This document shows positions 11,502 to 22,523 of a stretch of DNA of 64,000 nt, one piece after another; the stretch's first letter is position 1, and each line of letters begins with the position of its first letter. The notes under the pieces are model-generated. The model had not been told where the DNA came from and did not search any database. It saw nothing but the letters and a program-made list of their open reading frames with translations. The position numbers and the translations under genes were made by a program. Origin of the DNA: Trichomonas gallinae (lineage: Eukaryota); the NCBI GenBank assembly GCA_008369845.1, contig MRSU01010729.1:1-64000 (forward strand), in the 5' to 3' direction.

Positions 11502-11715
11502 TGTCATGTAAAATATGATCGTAAAAATAGCTGACATGTAAATAAAAAAATTTTCAGAATTTTAAATGAAAAATAATCGTTAATAAATTATTTTGTCATG
11601 TAAAATTGTAAAATTGTTAGATAAACCGATAGTTTGACGTGTAAAAGAAATTTTGCAGTGTAAATTTTCAATAAAAATTCTCGGTGACAAAAAAAAACAC
11701 CGGCAACCGTTCATT
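11502..11715 (+). promoter_or_regulatory. Upstream motif cluster, CTCGGTGAC, AACCGTT and initiator TCATT before the BRO1 gene
   Basis: Motif copies at 11502, 11532, 11594, 11635 (variant at 11654); CTCGGTGAC 11680; AACCGTT 11705; TCATTT 11711, 15 nt before ATG 11726. Confidence 0.6.
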
Positions 11716-11725
11716 TTTCTAAAAG

Positions 11726-13417
11726 ATGGATGTTCCTCTTCCTGTGTTCCCACAGTGCGGTCTTAAGCCTCTCCAATCTACTAAGTTCAATGCAGGTGAG
11801 AAGCTTTGCAAATATATTCAACAGAAAATGAGAGTTGACGTTCCAGCAGAATTTCATGACAACTGCAACGCCTTAGATTCACTTCGTGATCAGCTTTCCA
11901 ACACCGGAGAGCTCCCACAAGGATCTTTCGAAAATGTTGCTGACTACTTCAACCTTTTGACTGTCTTAACACGCGGATTCGATATATCAGATTCCGGCGT
12001 CGGACTCAAATACTCATATAACAATGTAGAAATCTGCTCGATCCAGTACGAAATCACATGCATGAGCTACAATTTAGCCATCGGACTCTTGAATGGCTGC
12101 CACAGATACGAAGCCGACAGTAAGAATCCTAAAGTATACACACCAATGATCAAGGCTGCTAAGGCGTTAGCTGACAAGGCTGCCGAAGCTGTCCAGGATG
12201 ATTTCAGCAAAGTTATTTCAATTCAAATGATCGACGATTTGCAAGGCATCATCACAGCATTCTACTACATGGCTCAGCTCGGTGTCTTCATTTCCATGAA
12301 CAAGCCAACCTTTTTCGCTAAGGGTGCTAAGTTAGCATCAGATTATCTCAGAAAGATGTCGCCACCAAACGAAGATTACTACAGATACTACCAGTCTGCT
12401 GCTTACCTCTTCTTAGCTGAGGAAAATTACAACGCTAAAGAGTACGGTATCGCCGAAAGTGCATCACTTCATGCATTCAAGGGTATTCCAGACGAAAACT
12501 CCTTAAAGAAGAGCAAGGCAGCATTCAAGGATGTCTGGCTTAACCTTTACAAGAAATGCAAACCAGTTGCAGATAAATACATCAAAGAAAACAGGGATAT
12601 TTTCTTCGAATCAGTTCCAAAGGAGCTCGAGCTCCCAACAATGAAGCCAACACCAGTACAGCCAGGCATTGATTGGGCAAAGGTTAATATCCCAGTTACA
12701 TCATTCGATGGATCCGCTACAACATCTCTCAACGACAAGATCGAGTCTCGCCTTACCAACTTCAGAGAAGAATCCAGTCACGCTCTCGCTGATATTGCTA
12801 AAGTTCTTAGCGAACTTCCAGCAAACTCTCTCGAAGAGGCAAACAACGCTCACGATGCAACAATCGCTAAGAAGGATGAAGCATACCGCATCTCTTGCCA
12901 GCTTTCTCAGCTACTTGGTCAAAAATCTGCAATTATTTCACAGCGCAACCCACAGATCTTCAGCCAGTACACTCAGCTTACAAACATGTTCCAGAAGGCA
13001 TCTGAAGCTGATGTCTATTTCGAGACTCAGCTTGCAACGGCATCATCAAGATGCGATATGGTCCTCCAGAAGGCCAATAAGCTCCGCGACCTCGAAAGCA
13101 GGATCAAGAGCATTATCGATCAGGCAGAACAGGCTGCTGTTCTCGCTAGAGATGCCAGCAATGGATCTGTTTCTAATACAGTCAACGCAATGCAGACATT
13201 CGGCACAACACTCGATGAGCTCGGCAACCAGCTTAACCCCATCTTCGGCGAAACACTCAACGCTGTAAAGGATGCAAGAGCTGCTGCTGCACAATCTACA
13301 AACGAGGCAGCTAATGAATTGGCATCAGCTACCAACGGATTCAAGCAAGGCCTCACATGCTATTCCAAACTTGTTATGAGCTTCAATAATATTTTGACTG
13401 CTGTCAACCAACTTTAA
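11726..13417 (+). CDS. BRO1-domain protein (ALIX/Bro1-like, ESCRT-associated) with helical C-terminal half
   Basis: LDSLRDQL, SIQYEITCMSYNLA (cf. Bro1 SLxFEKAxVLFN), KENRDIFFESVP (cf. KDNDFIYHExVP), Pro linker, Ala-rich helices. Confidence 0.78.
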   Translation: MDVPLPVFPQCGLKPLQSTKFNAGEKLCKYIQQKMRVDVPAEFHDNCNALDSLRDQLSNTGELPQGSFENVADYFNLLTVLTRGFDISDSGVGLKYSYNNVEICSIQYEITCMSYNLAIGLLNGCHRYEADSKNPKVYTPMIKAAKALADKAAEAVQDDFSKVISIQMIDDLQGIITAFYYMAQLGVFISMNKPTFFAKGAKLASDYLRKMSPPNEDYYRYYQSAAYLFLAEENYNAKEYGIAESASLHAFKGIPDENSLKKSKAAFKDVWLNLYKKCKPVADKYIKENRDIFFESVPKELELPTMKPTPVQPGIDWAKVNIPVTSFDGSATTSLNDKIESRLTNFREESSHALADIAKVLSELPANSLEEANNAHDATIAKKDEAYRISCQLSQLLGQKSAIISQRNPQIFSQYTQLTNMFQKASEADVYFETQLATASSRCDMVLQKANKLRDLESRIKSIIDQAEQAAVLARDASNGSVSNTVNAMQTFGTTLDELGNQLNPIFGETLNAVKDARAAAAQSTNEAANELASATNGFKQGLTCYSKLVMSFNNILTAVNQL

Positions 13418-13949
13418 ATATGATATCTTTTTATTTAACTTTACTGACTTATTTCACTCCAAAATCTAATATTCTCCAAACAATATAAAATTAAACATCA
13501 AAAGTAGAGTCTGAAACGAAATGTCTCATATTTGTACCAAAAAAATAGGCTACAATTTAGTATTATTTAGTTTTTTGATGTTATCAAAATGAAATCGATT
13601 TATTTATAAGATAAATTGATGAATAATTGATGTGACTAGATATATATCGTATCAAGATTCGAATACGAAGGAGAAAATAGCATGTTATATTAATCAAGTT
13701 CGAATCTCATAATATCCCCTAGATAAAATTTTCTACCCCTTGTTTAGATATCCCCTTTATTAATTTTTCTGCCCCTTATCTGTTACAAAAAAATTAAAAA
13801 TAAACGGCTACTTTTTATATATTTTAATGAAATATGATTAATTGACAGAAACTATGTTGAAAATCATAAAATAATTGAAAAACAACGAAAAATTATTTTT
13901 GTCAGGTAAAGATGGTTTATTTGTCAAATTTGAAGATTTCCAAGATTTA

Positions 13950-15038
13950 ATGGAGTCATCCCATGAAATGGATGACTTAGACAGGCTTCTTGTTGAAGAT
14001 ACACAGATAAAAGAGGCGCAGCAAGAGGCTGAAAAAGATAAAGTCGAAGAAAAAGTTGAACCTCCAAAACCTGCTGAGCCAATCATTGAAAAGAAGCCAG
14101 AAAAGACCGAGAAACCATCAAAACCACCTACAAAACAAAAGAAACAGCGAAAACCACAGATGAAAATCACACTTCCAGATATTCCGCTTGATAACTTGCC
14201 AAATTTATCGATTCCGACACCAAATATATCGCCAATACCATCTGTGGCAGCTGTAACACAAACACAGCAACAAATTGTAATACAAAGCAACACGATTTTG
14301 AATAATTTCGAAGAAAAAATATTAAATTACTTAGACACTTCATTAAAGTCCCTAACAACAGAATTTACGACGAATCTCAATTTATTTTTTCAAAAATCTG
14401 ACGATTTTGATACTATTATTTCGACATTTCGAAAAGGCTTAATGGCTGACGTTCAGCGCGAATTACAAATCAAAGTATCATCGATGTCTCAACCACTCAT
14501 ACCGTTTAATGTGAATATTGATCTTCCACATCAACAAACTTCTTATCCATCTTTTCAAGACGTAATTACTCTTTTCAAAGCGCAAAATACTTCGACACAG
14601 TCAATGTTAGCTTCGACTTACAGTGATTTTAAGAAAGCTGTTCATGATAGAAATAAATCAATTAAATCTGCAATGAGAGCTCGCGACGAAATCAAGCACT
14701 TGAAGTCAGATGCATACAAAAAAGTTAGCAAATGCGAATATCAATTATTTATGTTAAAAAATAGATTAAATACGATTAAAGAAAGATCTGAGGCAATAGT
14801 ACATAAAGTTACTGAATCAGAGAACCTGGATTTTTCAATACAACCAGAGATTTCCACTGAAGATTATATTTACGAATTAAATTCTTTTCTTCCTGAGCTC
14901 AACAGACTCATCGCTGAGCCATCAAACATGTTCAATAAGATCGGAACAATACTTGACGAAGAAATCCAAGATATTCACAAACGAAGATTCTCGATTCAAA
15001 ACACAACACAAGATATTTACAATGCTTACAACTCGTAA
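13950..15038 (+). CDS. Hypothetical protein (Lys/Glu/Pro-rich N-terminus, coiled-coil C-terminus)
   Basis: Long ORF; first ATG at 13950. Confidence 0.75.
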   Translation: MESSHEMDDLDRLLVEDTQIKEAQQEAEKDKVEEKVEPPKPAEPIIEKKPEKTEKPSKPPTKQKKQRKPQMKITLPDIPLDNLPNLSIPTPNISPIPSVAAVTQTQQQIVIQSNTILNNFEEKILNYLDTSLKSLTTEFTTNLNLFFQKSDDFDTIISTFRKGLMADVQRELQIKVSSMSQPLIPFNVNIDLPHQQTSYPSFQDVITLFKAQNTSTQSMLASTYSDFKKAVHDRNKSIKSAMRARDEIKHLKSDAYKKVSKCEYQLFMLKNRLNTIKERSEAIVHKVTESENLDFSIQPEISTEDYIYELNSFLPELNRLIAEPSNMFNKIGTILDEEIQDIHKRRFSIQNTTQDIYNAYNS

Positions 15039-15394
15039 TTTATTGTTGTACTACGAAAAAAATTATGACATTTATTTGATTTTATTTTAATTATAAAATC
15101 AAATAATAAACCAAAGGAGACATTTCATGATTGGTATTTACTATCATGATATGTAGCATAATTATCAGTACATAATGGGCGGTAAGATTGAATTTAATTT
15201 TTAATTTTACCCAAACCAAGAATTGTTCCCTGTTATATTTAGTAATGATGATTAAATGATTATATGCGTGTTCACGGATACTTTTTTTTCTTTCTAAGGA
15301 AATTTTTGTTAGGGCACATTATGGATCAAATTGAACTAGAGTTTTACTATTCAATTAATAATGGGAGAATATTACATTTTCATCGGAAAAAAGC

Positions 15395-16015
15395 TTAATC
15401 ACGGCGGTGGTCATCATAATAGTCGTGGCGGCGTCTGCGGTCATCATCATAGTCATGGCGGCGTCTGCGGTCATCATCGTAGTCGTGGCGGCGTCTGCGG
15501 TCATCATAATAGTCGTGGCGGCGTCTGCGGTCATCATCGTAATCGTGGCGGCGTCTGCGGTCATCATCATAGTCATGGCGTCTGCGGTCATCACGGCGAT
15601 CGCCGTAACGGTCATGACGGCGGTCATCGCGGCGGCGGTCTCTGCGATCTCTGTCATCGCGGCGTGGTTTGTCACGACCTGGGGAGAATTCTACCTTAAT
15701 TTTGCGGCCTTCGAAATCCTTGTCGTTCATTTCTGCGATCGCCTTTTCAGCTTCTTCTTTTGTTTCATACTCAACGAAGCCGTAGCCCCTTGATTTTTGG
15801 GTTCCTTGCCTCATGACAATCCTGCAAGAAACAACGTTACCAAATTGAGAGAATTTGTCCTTGAGCGAAGCTTCTGTAGTTTCGAATGCGAGATTACCAA
15901 TGTAAAGAGATGCTTTTGTAGATTTTTCTTCAGTCTCTTTTGGCTGCTCTGTCTTTGGTTGTTCCTCCTCCGAGTGATGCTCAGCGTCTTGCACGTTGTC
16001 GTCGCTTGCGGACAT
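15395..16015 (-). CDS. Single-RRM RNA-binding protein with Arg/Asp-rich repetitive tail (SR-related)
   Basis: RNP2 LYIGNL and RNP1 RGYGFVEY, then (DDDRRRRHDY)n. Confidence 0.93.
   Translation of the reverse strand: MSASDDNVQDAEHHSEEEQPKTEQPKETEEKSTKASLYIGNLAFETTEASLKDKFSQFGNVVSCRIVMRQGTQKSRGYGFVEYETKEEAEKAIAEMNDKDFEGRKIKVEFSPGRDKPRRDDRDRRDRRRDDRRHDRYGDRRDDRRRHDYDDDRRRRHDYDDDRRRRHDYYDDRRRRHDYDDDRRRRHDYDDDRRRRHDYYDDHRRD
15410..15592. repeat. 30-nt coding tandem repeat, about 6 copies
   Basis: GTCATCAT-ART/CRT-AGTCRTGGCGGCGTCTGCG repeated with few substitutions. Confidence 0.92.
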
Positions 16016-16578
16016 AGAAACTGTTTTTTGACAACTTTACGAACGATAGCATAAACGCTATACAATATTCTCCCTCTTCGCTTCTACTTGCTCCTCGTTA
16101 TGTGTTTTCCGCTAAAAATGTAGTTTATTTCGTCTGATCTTGATATTGATGACTAATTAAACGTCAATTTATTTTAAAATCGACCTAAATTCGATGCAAC
16201 ACTCTCTCGTTGCCTATGGATTCATATTTGATGAGCATTGCTTAAAAGATAATTTTGGAAATTCGATTTTCGACATCAAAAATCGTCATTTATCTAATCA
16301 TCCATTTGTTTTTTCATATTTTTTTCTAAAAATACAGAAATAATGACTTTAGAATCGTAATTCGACAATTTCATAGCAGCCATTTTAAATTATTATACCA
16401 ACACTATCTAATGATTAACGTAAATCTTTCTAATATTTATTTTTTATTTCAAATAATATCATATCTTCATTTTCATCCAGAAACAATAAGATATTACAAA
16501 GGTTTTGGCCCAATAAAGGTGGAAGGAAAATAAGAAAATGTGTAAAATGAGAGATTTAGTGTAAAAGAGATAAAATTT

Positions 16579-17748
16579 TTATGGGAGCTCTTCAATACAG
16601 TAGTTTGTAACGCTTTCATGGAGTAATTCCTTAAACCTAGCGTATTTGATAAGATCAGTATTCTCGCTTGGAATTATGACTTTTTCACCGTTCAAAACGA
16701 GACGGATGTAAACATCTGACTTTGAATCTTCCCAAAGTTCCATTGCAAGGTGAGAACGGAATGGAGGAAGCTTATTGTCTGTAATACCGAATGAATTCAA
16801 AGCTGCTCCAATTGTAGTGTCGTGAGCACTGTACATCCAGAACTTCTTGGTAGATTTCTTCTCAAGGAAGGCATCAAATCCACGAAGAACTGCTCTCCAA
16901 ATTGATGCACCATTATAACCTGGTGTGTAATCAAAGAATCCGTATGCGAAGTATGAGACATCTGTGGTGGCTTGTTGAATCATCTCATCAGTCAGCCAAT
17001 CTGGGATATCGTGATCATTGCAGACGTAAGAATAGATGAAATCACCAACAAACATCCAGTTAAGCGTGTCTTTTGTTAAATTAAGCTTATCAAATAAAAC
17101 ACCGTAAACTTTCAGGCCCGCTTCCTTTCTCTTATTGAATTCTTCAGATTTCGTGAAATTAGCGAATGCTTCTGACAAATGTTTGCATTGTTTGGAGCTT
17201 GGGTAGAGTGGTTCGTGGTCAGCCGATCCTGTAATGATTTCAAGCTCTTCACCTGGGGCAGCTGGTGGATAAAATTCGGAAACGAATGATTGTAAGGATT
17301 TGATGCAACGCTCGACTTTAGAAGATCTCAAACCAATCACATCTTTATCGAATTTCTTTGGTAAGAAGCCTAATTCATCAACGAGATATTTTCTATAGAA
17401 TTTGCCCAATTCAGCATGCTGGCGCATACCCTGTAATGTAAGCTCACCACCATGGCAGCTTGGCTCGAAAAGTAATGAATCATCATTCAAAGAGTTCAAA
17501 TATCTGCGGGTTTTACCACCAGTTTTGAGTGAAGTTTGGCGTGGGGAGTAGGAGTATGGGGATTGGCACTGCCAAAAGCCAGCCTTATCGTGAGGAAGCC
17601 ACTCCTCAATTGTTGTTCTCATTCCGTGACGTGTCATAATACCCATAGATATGAGTTTATGGTCCTTGAGAGGCTCTGCGTGCTTCAAAGGTGACTCGCA
17701 CACAATGTTAATCTTGCTGAAGACCTGTTGAGCAAAAACGATGAACAT
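16579..17748 (-). CDS. Histidine acid phosphatase (branch 2), probably secreted or lysosomal
   Basis: RHGMRT (RHGxRxP-like), GELTLQG, RCIKS, YSAHDTT; ATG 17748 follows an Inr-like TCACA and starts a short hydrophobic leader. Confidence 0.92.
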   Translation of the reverse strand: MFIVFAQQVFSKINIVCESPLKHAEPLKDHKLISMGIMTRHGMRTTIEEWLPHDKAGFWQCQSPYSYSPRQTSLKTGGKTRRYLNSLNDDSLLFEPSCHGGELTLQGMRQHAELGKFYRKYLVDELGFLPKKFDKDVIGLRSSKVERCIKSLQSFVSEFYPPAAPGEELEIITGSADHEPLYPSSKQCKHLSEAFANFTKSEEFNKRKEAGLKVYGVLFDKLNLTKDTLNWMFVGDFIYSYVCNDHDIPDWLTDEMIQQATTDVSYFAYGFFDYTPGYNGASIWRAVLRGFDAFLEKKSTKKFWMYSAHDTTIGAALNSFGITDNKLPPFRSHLAMELWEDSKSDVYIRLVLNGEKVIIPSENTDLIKYARFKELLHESVTNYCIEELP

Positions 17749-17907
17749 GTTTTTTAATATTTTTTTGTGAATCCCACGGATGAAAAGGCTTTTGAAAAAT
17801 AAATTAAAAATATGTGTTGTATACATCTTGAATATCTTTGGGTTGGATTTATCACATCAGAATCCATCGAATCAGCATCGTTTTGTCACTTTTAAAATTA
17901 AATTTTC

Positions 17908-18489
17908 AATTTGACAGGTAAATAATCGTCGTCTCCTTTTCAATCTAAGATTTTTCGGGATATGGAGTAAAAATCAGTATATATTCTAATTTCATGTTAA
18001 TGTTGATTTGTCAAATATTAGTAAAAATTGACATGTAAATAACCGATATTTAATTTTTATATTTGAGAATTTTTAGTATGTGATCTAGCTCGTAAAATAG
18101 GTTCTCTTTTTCCTTTCATATCGATGTCAAAACATAATTACATTTTGTCATGTAAATACCAGATATTTGAATATTTTACGGGCGTGAAAGCAGATGCAAA
18201 ATGTTGCAAATGTGTAATTATATAATGTATAATTATTTTTATTTCTGAATATGTCGATTTTGAATAGAAAATAATCGTATGTTGGATAATAACAATTTGA
18301 CTGATAAATAATCGTCTTTTCCTTATCAAATTAAGATTTTTATGCATTTGGATTAGAAGTTTGTATCTATTCTAAATCTCAGTTAATTCCAAATTGTCAA
18401 ATATTAGTGAAAAATTGCCATGTAAATAATTTCGATCTCTTTTCCGGTTCACATTAATGTCAAAAATAATTATATTTTGTCATGTAAAT
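17908..18489. repeat. Degenerate intergenic direct duplication (17908-18157 vs 18294-18489)
   Basis: Colinear shared blocks AATTTGAC..TAAATAATCGTC, TAAGATTTTT, TATTCTAA, TTGTCAAATATTAGT, ATGTCAAAA, ATTTTGTCATGTAAAT. Confidence 0.75.
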
Positions 18490-18632
18490 TATTTCTTCTT
18501 TTTGTGTTTCATATTTTTACTAATTTATTTTATATATTCTGTGTAAATTGCAAAAATTATAGTTATAAATATTTAAGGGTTATTACACTTGAAAAGACCC
18601 TGGATTTTGATGAAATCGTCACTTTTTATAAT

Positions 18633-19019
18633 ATGAGTGAAAATGATCCAAACCCAGCAGAATTGGAGCCAATTCCAATAGAAACTGAAGGTGATGACAT
18701 GGATACGAAAAATAATCAAACACAACAGTCAATGAAACCTAGTATTGCAAATCATAAATCAGACGATGTTTGGAATTCATTATTTGGCCTCGTTGTTTCC
18801 ATAATTGGAGGATCATATATAGGATTAAGCTCTCGCTCTATGCGTGAATCATGGATTTACTGCATAATTTTAATATTTTTATCAATTGTTTGTTTCTTAA
18901 CAACCATTACTGCTAGAAAATATAGTGTTAGAAAGGCTGTTTCACCTTTCATCATCTATTTTGTAATTGGTGGATTAACGTCTCCAATTGCTTCATATCT
19001 CGGCATCCAACTTGTTTAA
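18633..19019 (+). CDS. Small membrane protein with about 3 TM segments, hypothetical
   Basis: ATG 18633 preceded by Inr TCACT at 18619; acidic N-terminus then three hydrophobic segments. Confidence 0.72.
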   Translation: MSENDPNPAELEPIPIETEGDDMDTKNNQTQQSMKPSIANHKSDDVWNSLFGLVVSIIGGSYIGLSSRSMRESWIYCIILIFLSIVCFLTTITARKYSVRKAVSPFIIYFVIGGLTSPIASYLGIQLV

Positions 19020-19306
19020 TTTGTATATTTAAATACTGTACTAATATTATCTCGAAATTTACTTAACTTTTTCGAATAATTTTTTTTTGATATAAAATAT
19101 AAGACAAATATAAGTTGTTTTCATCTATAAATCCATCCAATTATGCTTTAGAATCAATTGCTTTATATATAAAAATTGAATAAAAAAATAATTTAAATAT
19201 TGAGTTTGTTTACAAAATGGATGCAATTAATAAAGAATAATATTGTATTTTTATCACTCCCATTCAATTTGCTAAGTGAAAAAAAGTGGTAATAATATGA
19301 ATAAAG

Positions 19307-21331
19307 TTATTGCTTGTTTGTCTTGCTATAAATCCTATCTATATTGAGTTCCTGAACAGTTCTACCATTGAGTACTTCATCAGTCATCTTCTGGAGAATT
19401 TGAATATCGTTTTTACGGTTAAGTACCTTTGGTGGCTTGACTTCGAGTGGTCCAGATCTCTCGTTTGCCATCTGAGTGAGCATCTTCTTCTTGTGTTCGA
19501 ACTTCTTGATCAAAACTTCACGCTTGATCGCGAAATGTTCCTTAAGCTTCTTATCAGCTGCAATGTAATCAGCCTGGAGCTGCTTTTCGCTTGAAAGTGA
19601 CTCCTTCTCCTCAAGAATCTTGATCTTACGCTGAACTCTTTCGAATTCGGCATCTCTGTGCTGTCTGAGGAGTTTGCGAGCCTGAGAACGGAGCTCCAAG
19701 AGGTCTGCTGAAGGGCGAGAGTATTTTTGAACGATCTCTTGGCTCTGCCATTTCTTATCGAGTTCTATGGCAGCTTCCTTGTATTCTTCATTGAGTTTGT
19801 TTAGTAAGCGGTCTAAGTGCATGTCGAATGATGTTGATGAAGAAGGTGAGCTTGTTTTTGCTGCTGTCGTTGAATTGCAGAATTCGCTTGATGCTGAAGA
19901 AGCAGATGGAGATCCATCAAATCCAGACTTTGGAGTATAGTTGGCGTGGAGGTTTGCTGGTGTCTCCAGGACTGGAAGGTCTTTATGCTTGCCAGCGGAT
20001 TTGCATTTCGTACGTTGTGTGTTCTTCTGCGGAGTTGAATTACCCTTTGTCTTTGATGGTGATGCTGCGCTCTTCTTTGATGGTGATGCTGGGAGATCTT
20101 CGAGAAGGTTTTGAAGGTATTCTTGCTCTTCAGACCAATTATTTTTATCGCATAATTTGATATATTTACGGAGAGCGGTTCTGACGACACCGACGTATTT
20201 CGATGGTGGTAATTCGCCTGTAAGTATTGTCTGATAAACTGGAGAATCTTCTGCTTCTGTAACGATTTGTGATAAGTTGCCAAGTAATTCCATTTCTTGT
20301 TCCTCTTCTGCAACAATTTCCTCCTCTTCCATTCCTTCGTTGATATCTTCTTCAGCTTCGTCAACTTCTTGAAGATTCGTTGATGTTTCATCTTCCTCTT
20401 TGATAATTGTTGGGACGTCTGGATTTTCAGCGATATGCGGCGTCTCTACTGGTCTATTACTTGACTCTTCTGGTATAATAAGATGCATCTGATCCATTGA
20501 CGCGGAAGCCTCACCCAATTTCATGCCGAAGCTTCCACTACGCTTCCTGCGGCTTGGTGTTGGAATTAAACTACCGCTGTTATTCGGATTTGGTTCTTCT
20601 TCGATAATTGGTGCCGCTGCCAGCGGGGAAGTGTTGTCTACATCTGTATTCATGTAAAATTTCGTTAAAGATGTCGTTGTATATCCATTTCTGGTTAAAG
20701 CTTGACCGTTAAAAACTGCATGAGATTTCGCGCGAACTAATGTAATCAAATTTTGTGGAGGTACATAGCCCATGGCAGCCCATCTGCTTGCGTTCTTGGC
20801 CCGGAAATGCTTAACAATTTTAACTGTTGGATCATCATCTTCTTCTTCTTCGTCTTCTTCCTCGTTTTCTTGGATTGGTTCCGGCGGCTCAGGGCACTCC
20901 TCGATGACTGGGTGAAGATCAGCCAGTGAATCAGCTCCTTTAGGAATAATCTGGCCATGAAGGCGGACGAAAGATGGCTGGCGCACTCCAAGCTCTATCG
21001 GCTCGTTATCGGTATCGCTGGAGTGACCATCGAAAACTAATACAGGGTCAGCTTCCTGCTCAACTTGCTCTTTCGGTTTCGAGTCATCGGTCTTTGTAAC
21101 GACTGTACCGTGGAATGAGCTTGATGATGATTGTCTATATCCGAGGCCTATGTTATTATCGGGCGTATGCGATTTCTTTCTGTTCATAATATATTTTTGT
21201 GTGATAGAATCATCATTTTGCTTCGTCTGTTGGAAATGAATGTCTAAAATCGTTGGCTCTGCTGGTGAGTTCGCAAGAAGGGCAGCCATAGGATTGAGAT
21301 CATCCAAGGTAGATCCCTTTTTCTCGCTCAT
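19307..21331 (-). CDS. Hypothetical protein: acidic/disordered N-terminus, coiled-coil C-terminus (KWQS..KYSRPSADLLELR)
   Basis: 674-aa ATG ORF with normal codon usage. Confidence 0.82.
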   Translation of the reverse strand: MSEKKGSTLDDLNPMAALLANSPAEPTILDIHFQQTKQNDDSITQKYIMNRKKSHTPDNNIGLGYRQSSSSSFHGTVVTKTDDSKPKEQVEQEADPVLVFDGHSSDTDNEPIELGVRQPSFVRLHGQIIPKGADSLADLHPVIEECPEPPEPIQENEEEDEEEEDDDPTVKIVKHFRAKNASRWAAMGYVPPQNLITLVRAKSHAVFNGQALTRNGYTTTSLTKFYMNTDVDNTSPLAAAPIIEEEPNPNNSGSLIPTPSRRKRSGSFGMKLGEASASMDQMHLIIPEESSNRPVETPHIAENPDVPTIIKEEDETSTNLQEVDEAEEDINEGMEEEEIVAEEEQEMELLGNLSQIVTEAEDSPVYQTILTGELPPSKYVGVVRTALRKYIKLCDKNNWSEEQEYLQNLLEDLPASPSKKSAASPSKTKGNSTPQKNTQRTKCKSAGKHKDLPVLETPANLHANYTPKSGFDGSPSASSASSEFCNSTTAAKTSSPSSSTSFDMHLDRLLNKLNEEYKEAAIELDKKWQSQEIVQKYSRPSADLLELRSQARKLLRQHRDAEFERVQRKIKILEEKESLSSEKQLQADYIAADKKLKEHFAIKREVLIKKFEHKKKMLTQMANERSGPLEVKPPKVLNRKNDIQILQKMTDEVLNGRTVQELNIDRIYSKTNKQ

Positions 21332-22523
21332 TTTTTTATTTATTTTTCAAGAACGGTTTTTAAAAATTTCTATTTTTCGTTTTTTCTTTGATTTTCAGGC
21401 TTCTTTGTTCATATAGATACAGAAAATGCAATAAAAATCGATTTTTATTTTTATATTTTTGGACAGAAATGAGATTTTTAACTGTGTTTTTGGAAATATT
21501 TCCCCATATAGCACCTAAATTTCGTGTTTTGAGCGTGTATAATTTTTTACATTTTCTTCAATTTTCGTTATTATGGCATTTCTATATGTTTACGTAATAG
21601 TTTATTGCCAATAAATTAATGATTGAAAATCAATTAATCAAAAATAGCATTTTATTGTGGAGAAAAGTGAATTTTTATATTTTTATACACTAAAAGTGAC
21701 AAAATTTTTCGTTTATAAATTTTTTATATTCATCACCGAAATCTATTCAAACGATAACATACTTCATTTTAGCTTAATTTCTCCTTTTAAGTCCTATATA
21801 TTATCGACATTAGTGATTGCTGCTATTTAATACCAGATTTCAATTTCATTTTCGAATATTTTGCGCTATAACTTAGTTAATTATCATATAATTTGGGCTT
21901 AATAGGCTTAGGTATAGCTTTTAAAATGAATCAACAACCATTAATCTAAGTATTTAATATGACTAACTTCTTGATTATGATATTGATATAGCTTCTTGTA
22001 TATTTATAATGTTTAATAGCGACTCTTGCGTTGACATCTATATCATGAACTCTGAAAAAAAGTTTCACAACATAATGATAACTTTTGATTGAAGCTCAAA
22101 TCAAAGCAGTTTCGTTCCAATTTTCTTTTCCGGTGACGTCTATCATGAGAACTATGAGAAATCTTAAGTTAAGACCATCATTATCTAGAAAAAAAGTAAA
22201 ACTATTCTATCATAGACTATTTACCTTAATTCTAGGATTAATAAAGATATTTCATAAAAAATGCATATAAATATGAATATCTAAAAGAGTATCTGCTTTT
22301 AAACACCAACATATCCAAATTTACATAGCATGATAGGTATTTTTGCAACTTTTTAAAGAGATTAAAGTAATATCCAAATTTATTAGCTATTTCTCTCATG
22401 AATTTCTAATATGTATCAAAAACGTGTGATTTTATGCCAATGTAATGAAAGTTTCATATCATTTCAATCAAGTTTCTTTTCATTCATTTTTTGATATAAA
22501 TTTAACAACGAAATTAAACAAAG

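Noticed and set aside
15355..15793. His/Gly/Cys-rich and Val/Ile/Ala-rich ORFs overlapping the RRM gene in other frames
   Set aside because: By-products of the stop-free 30-nt repeat; the RRM frame has the real domain
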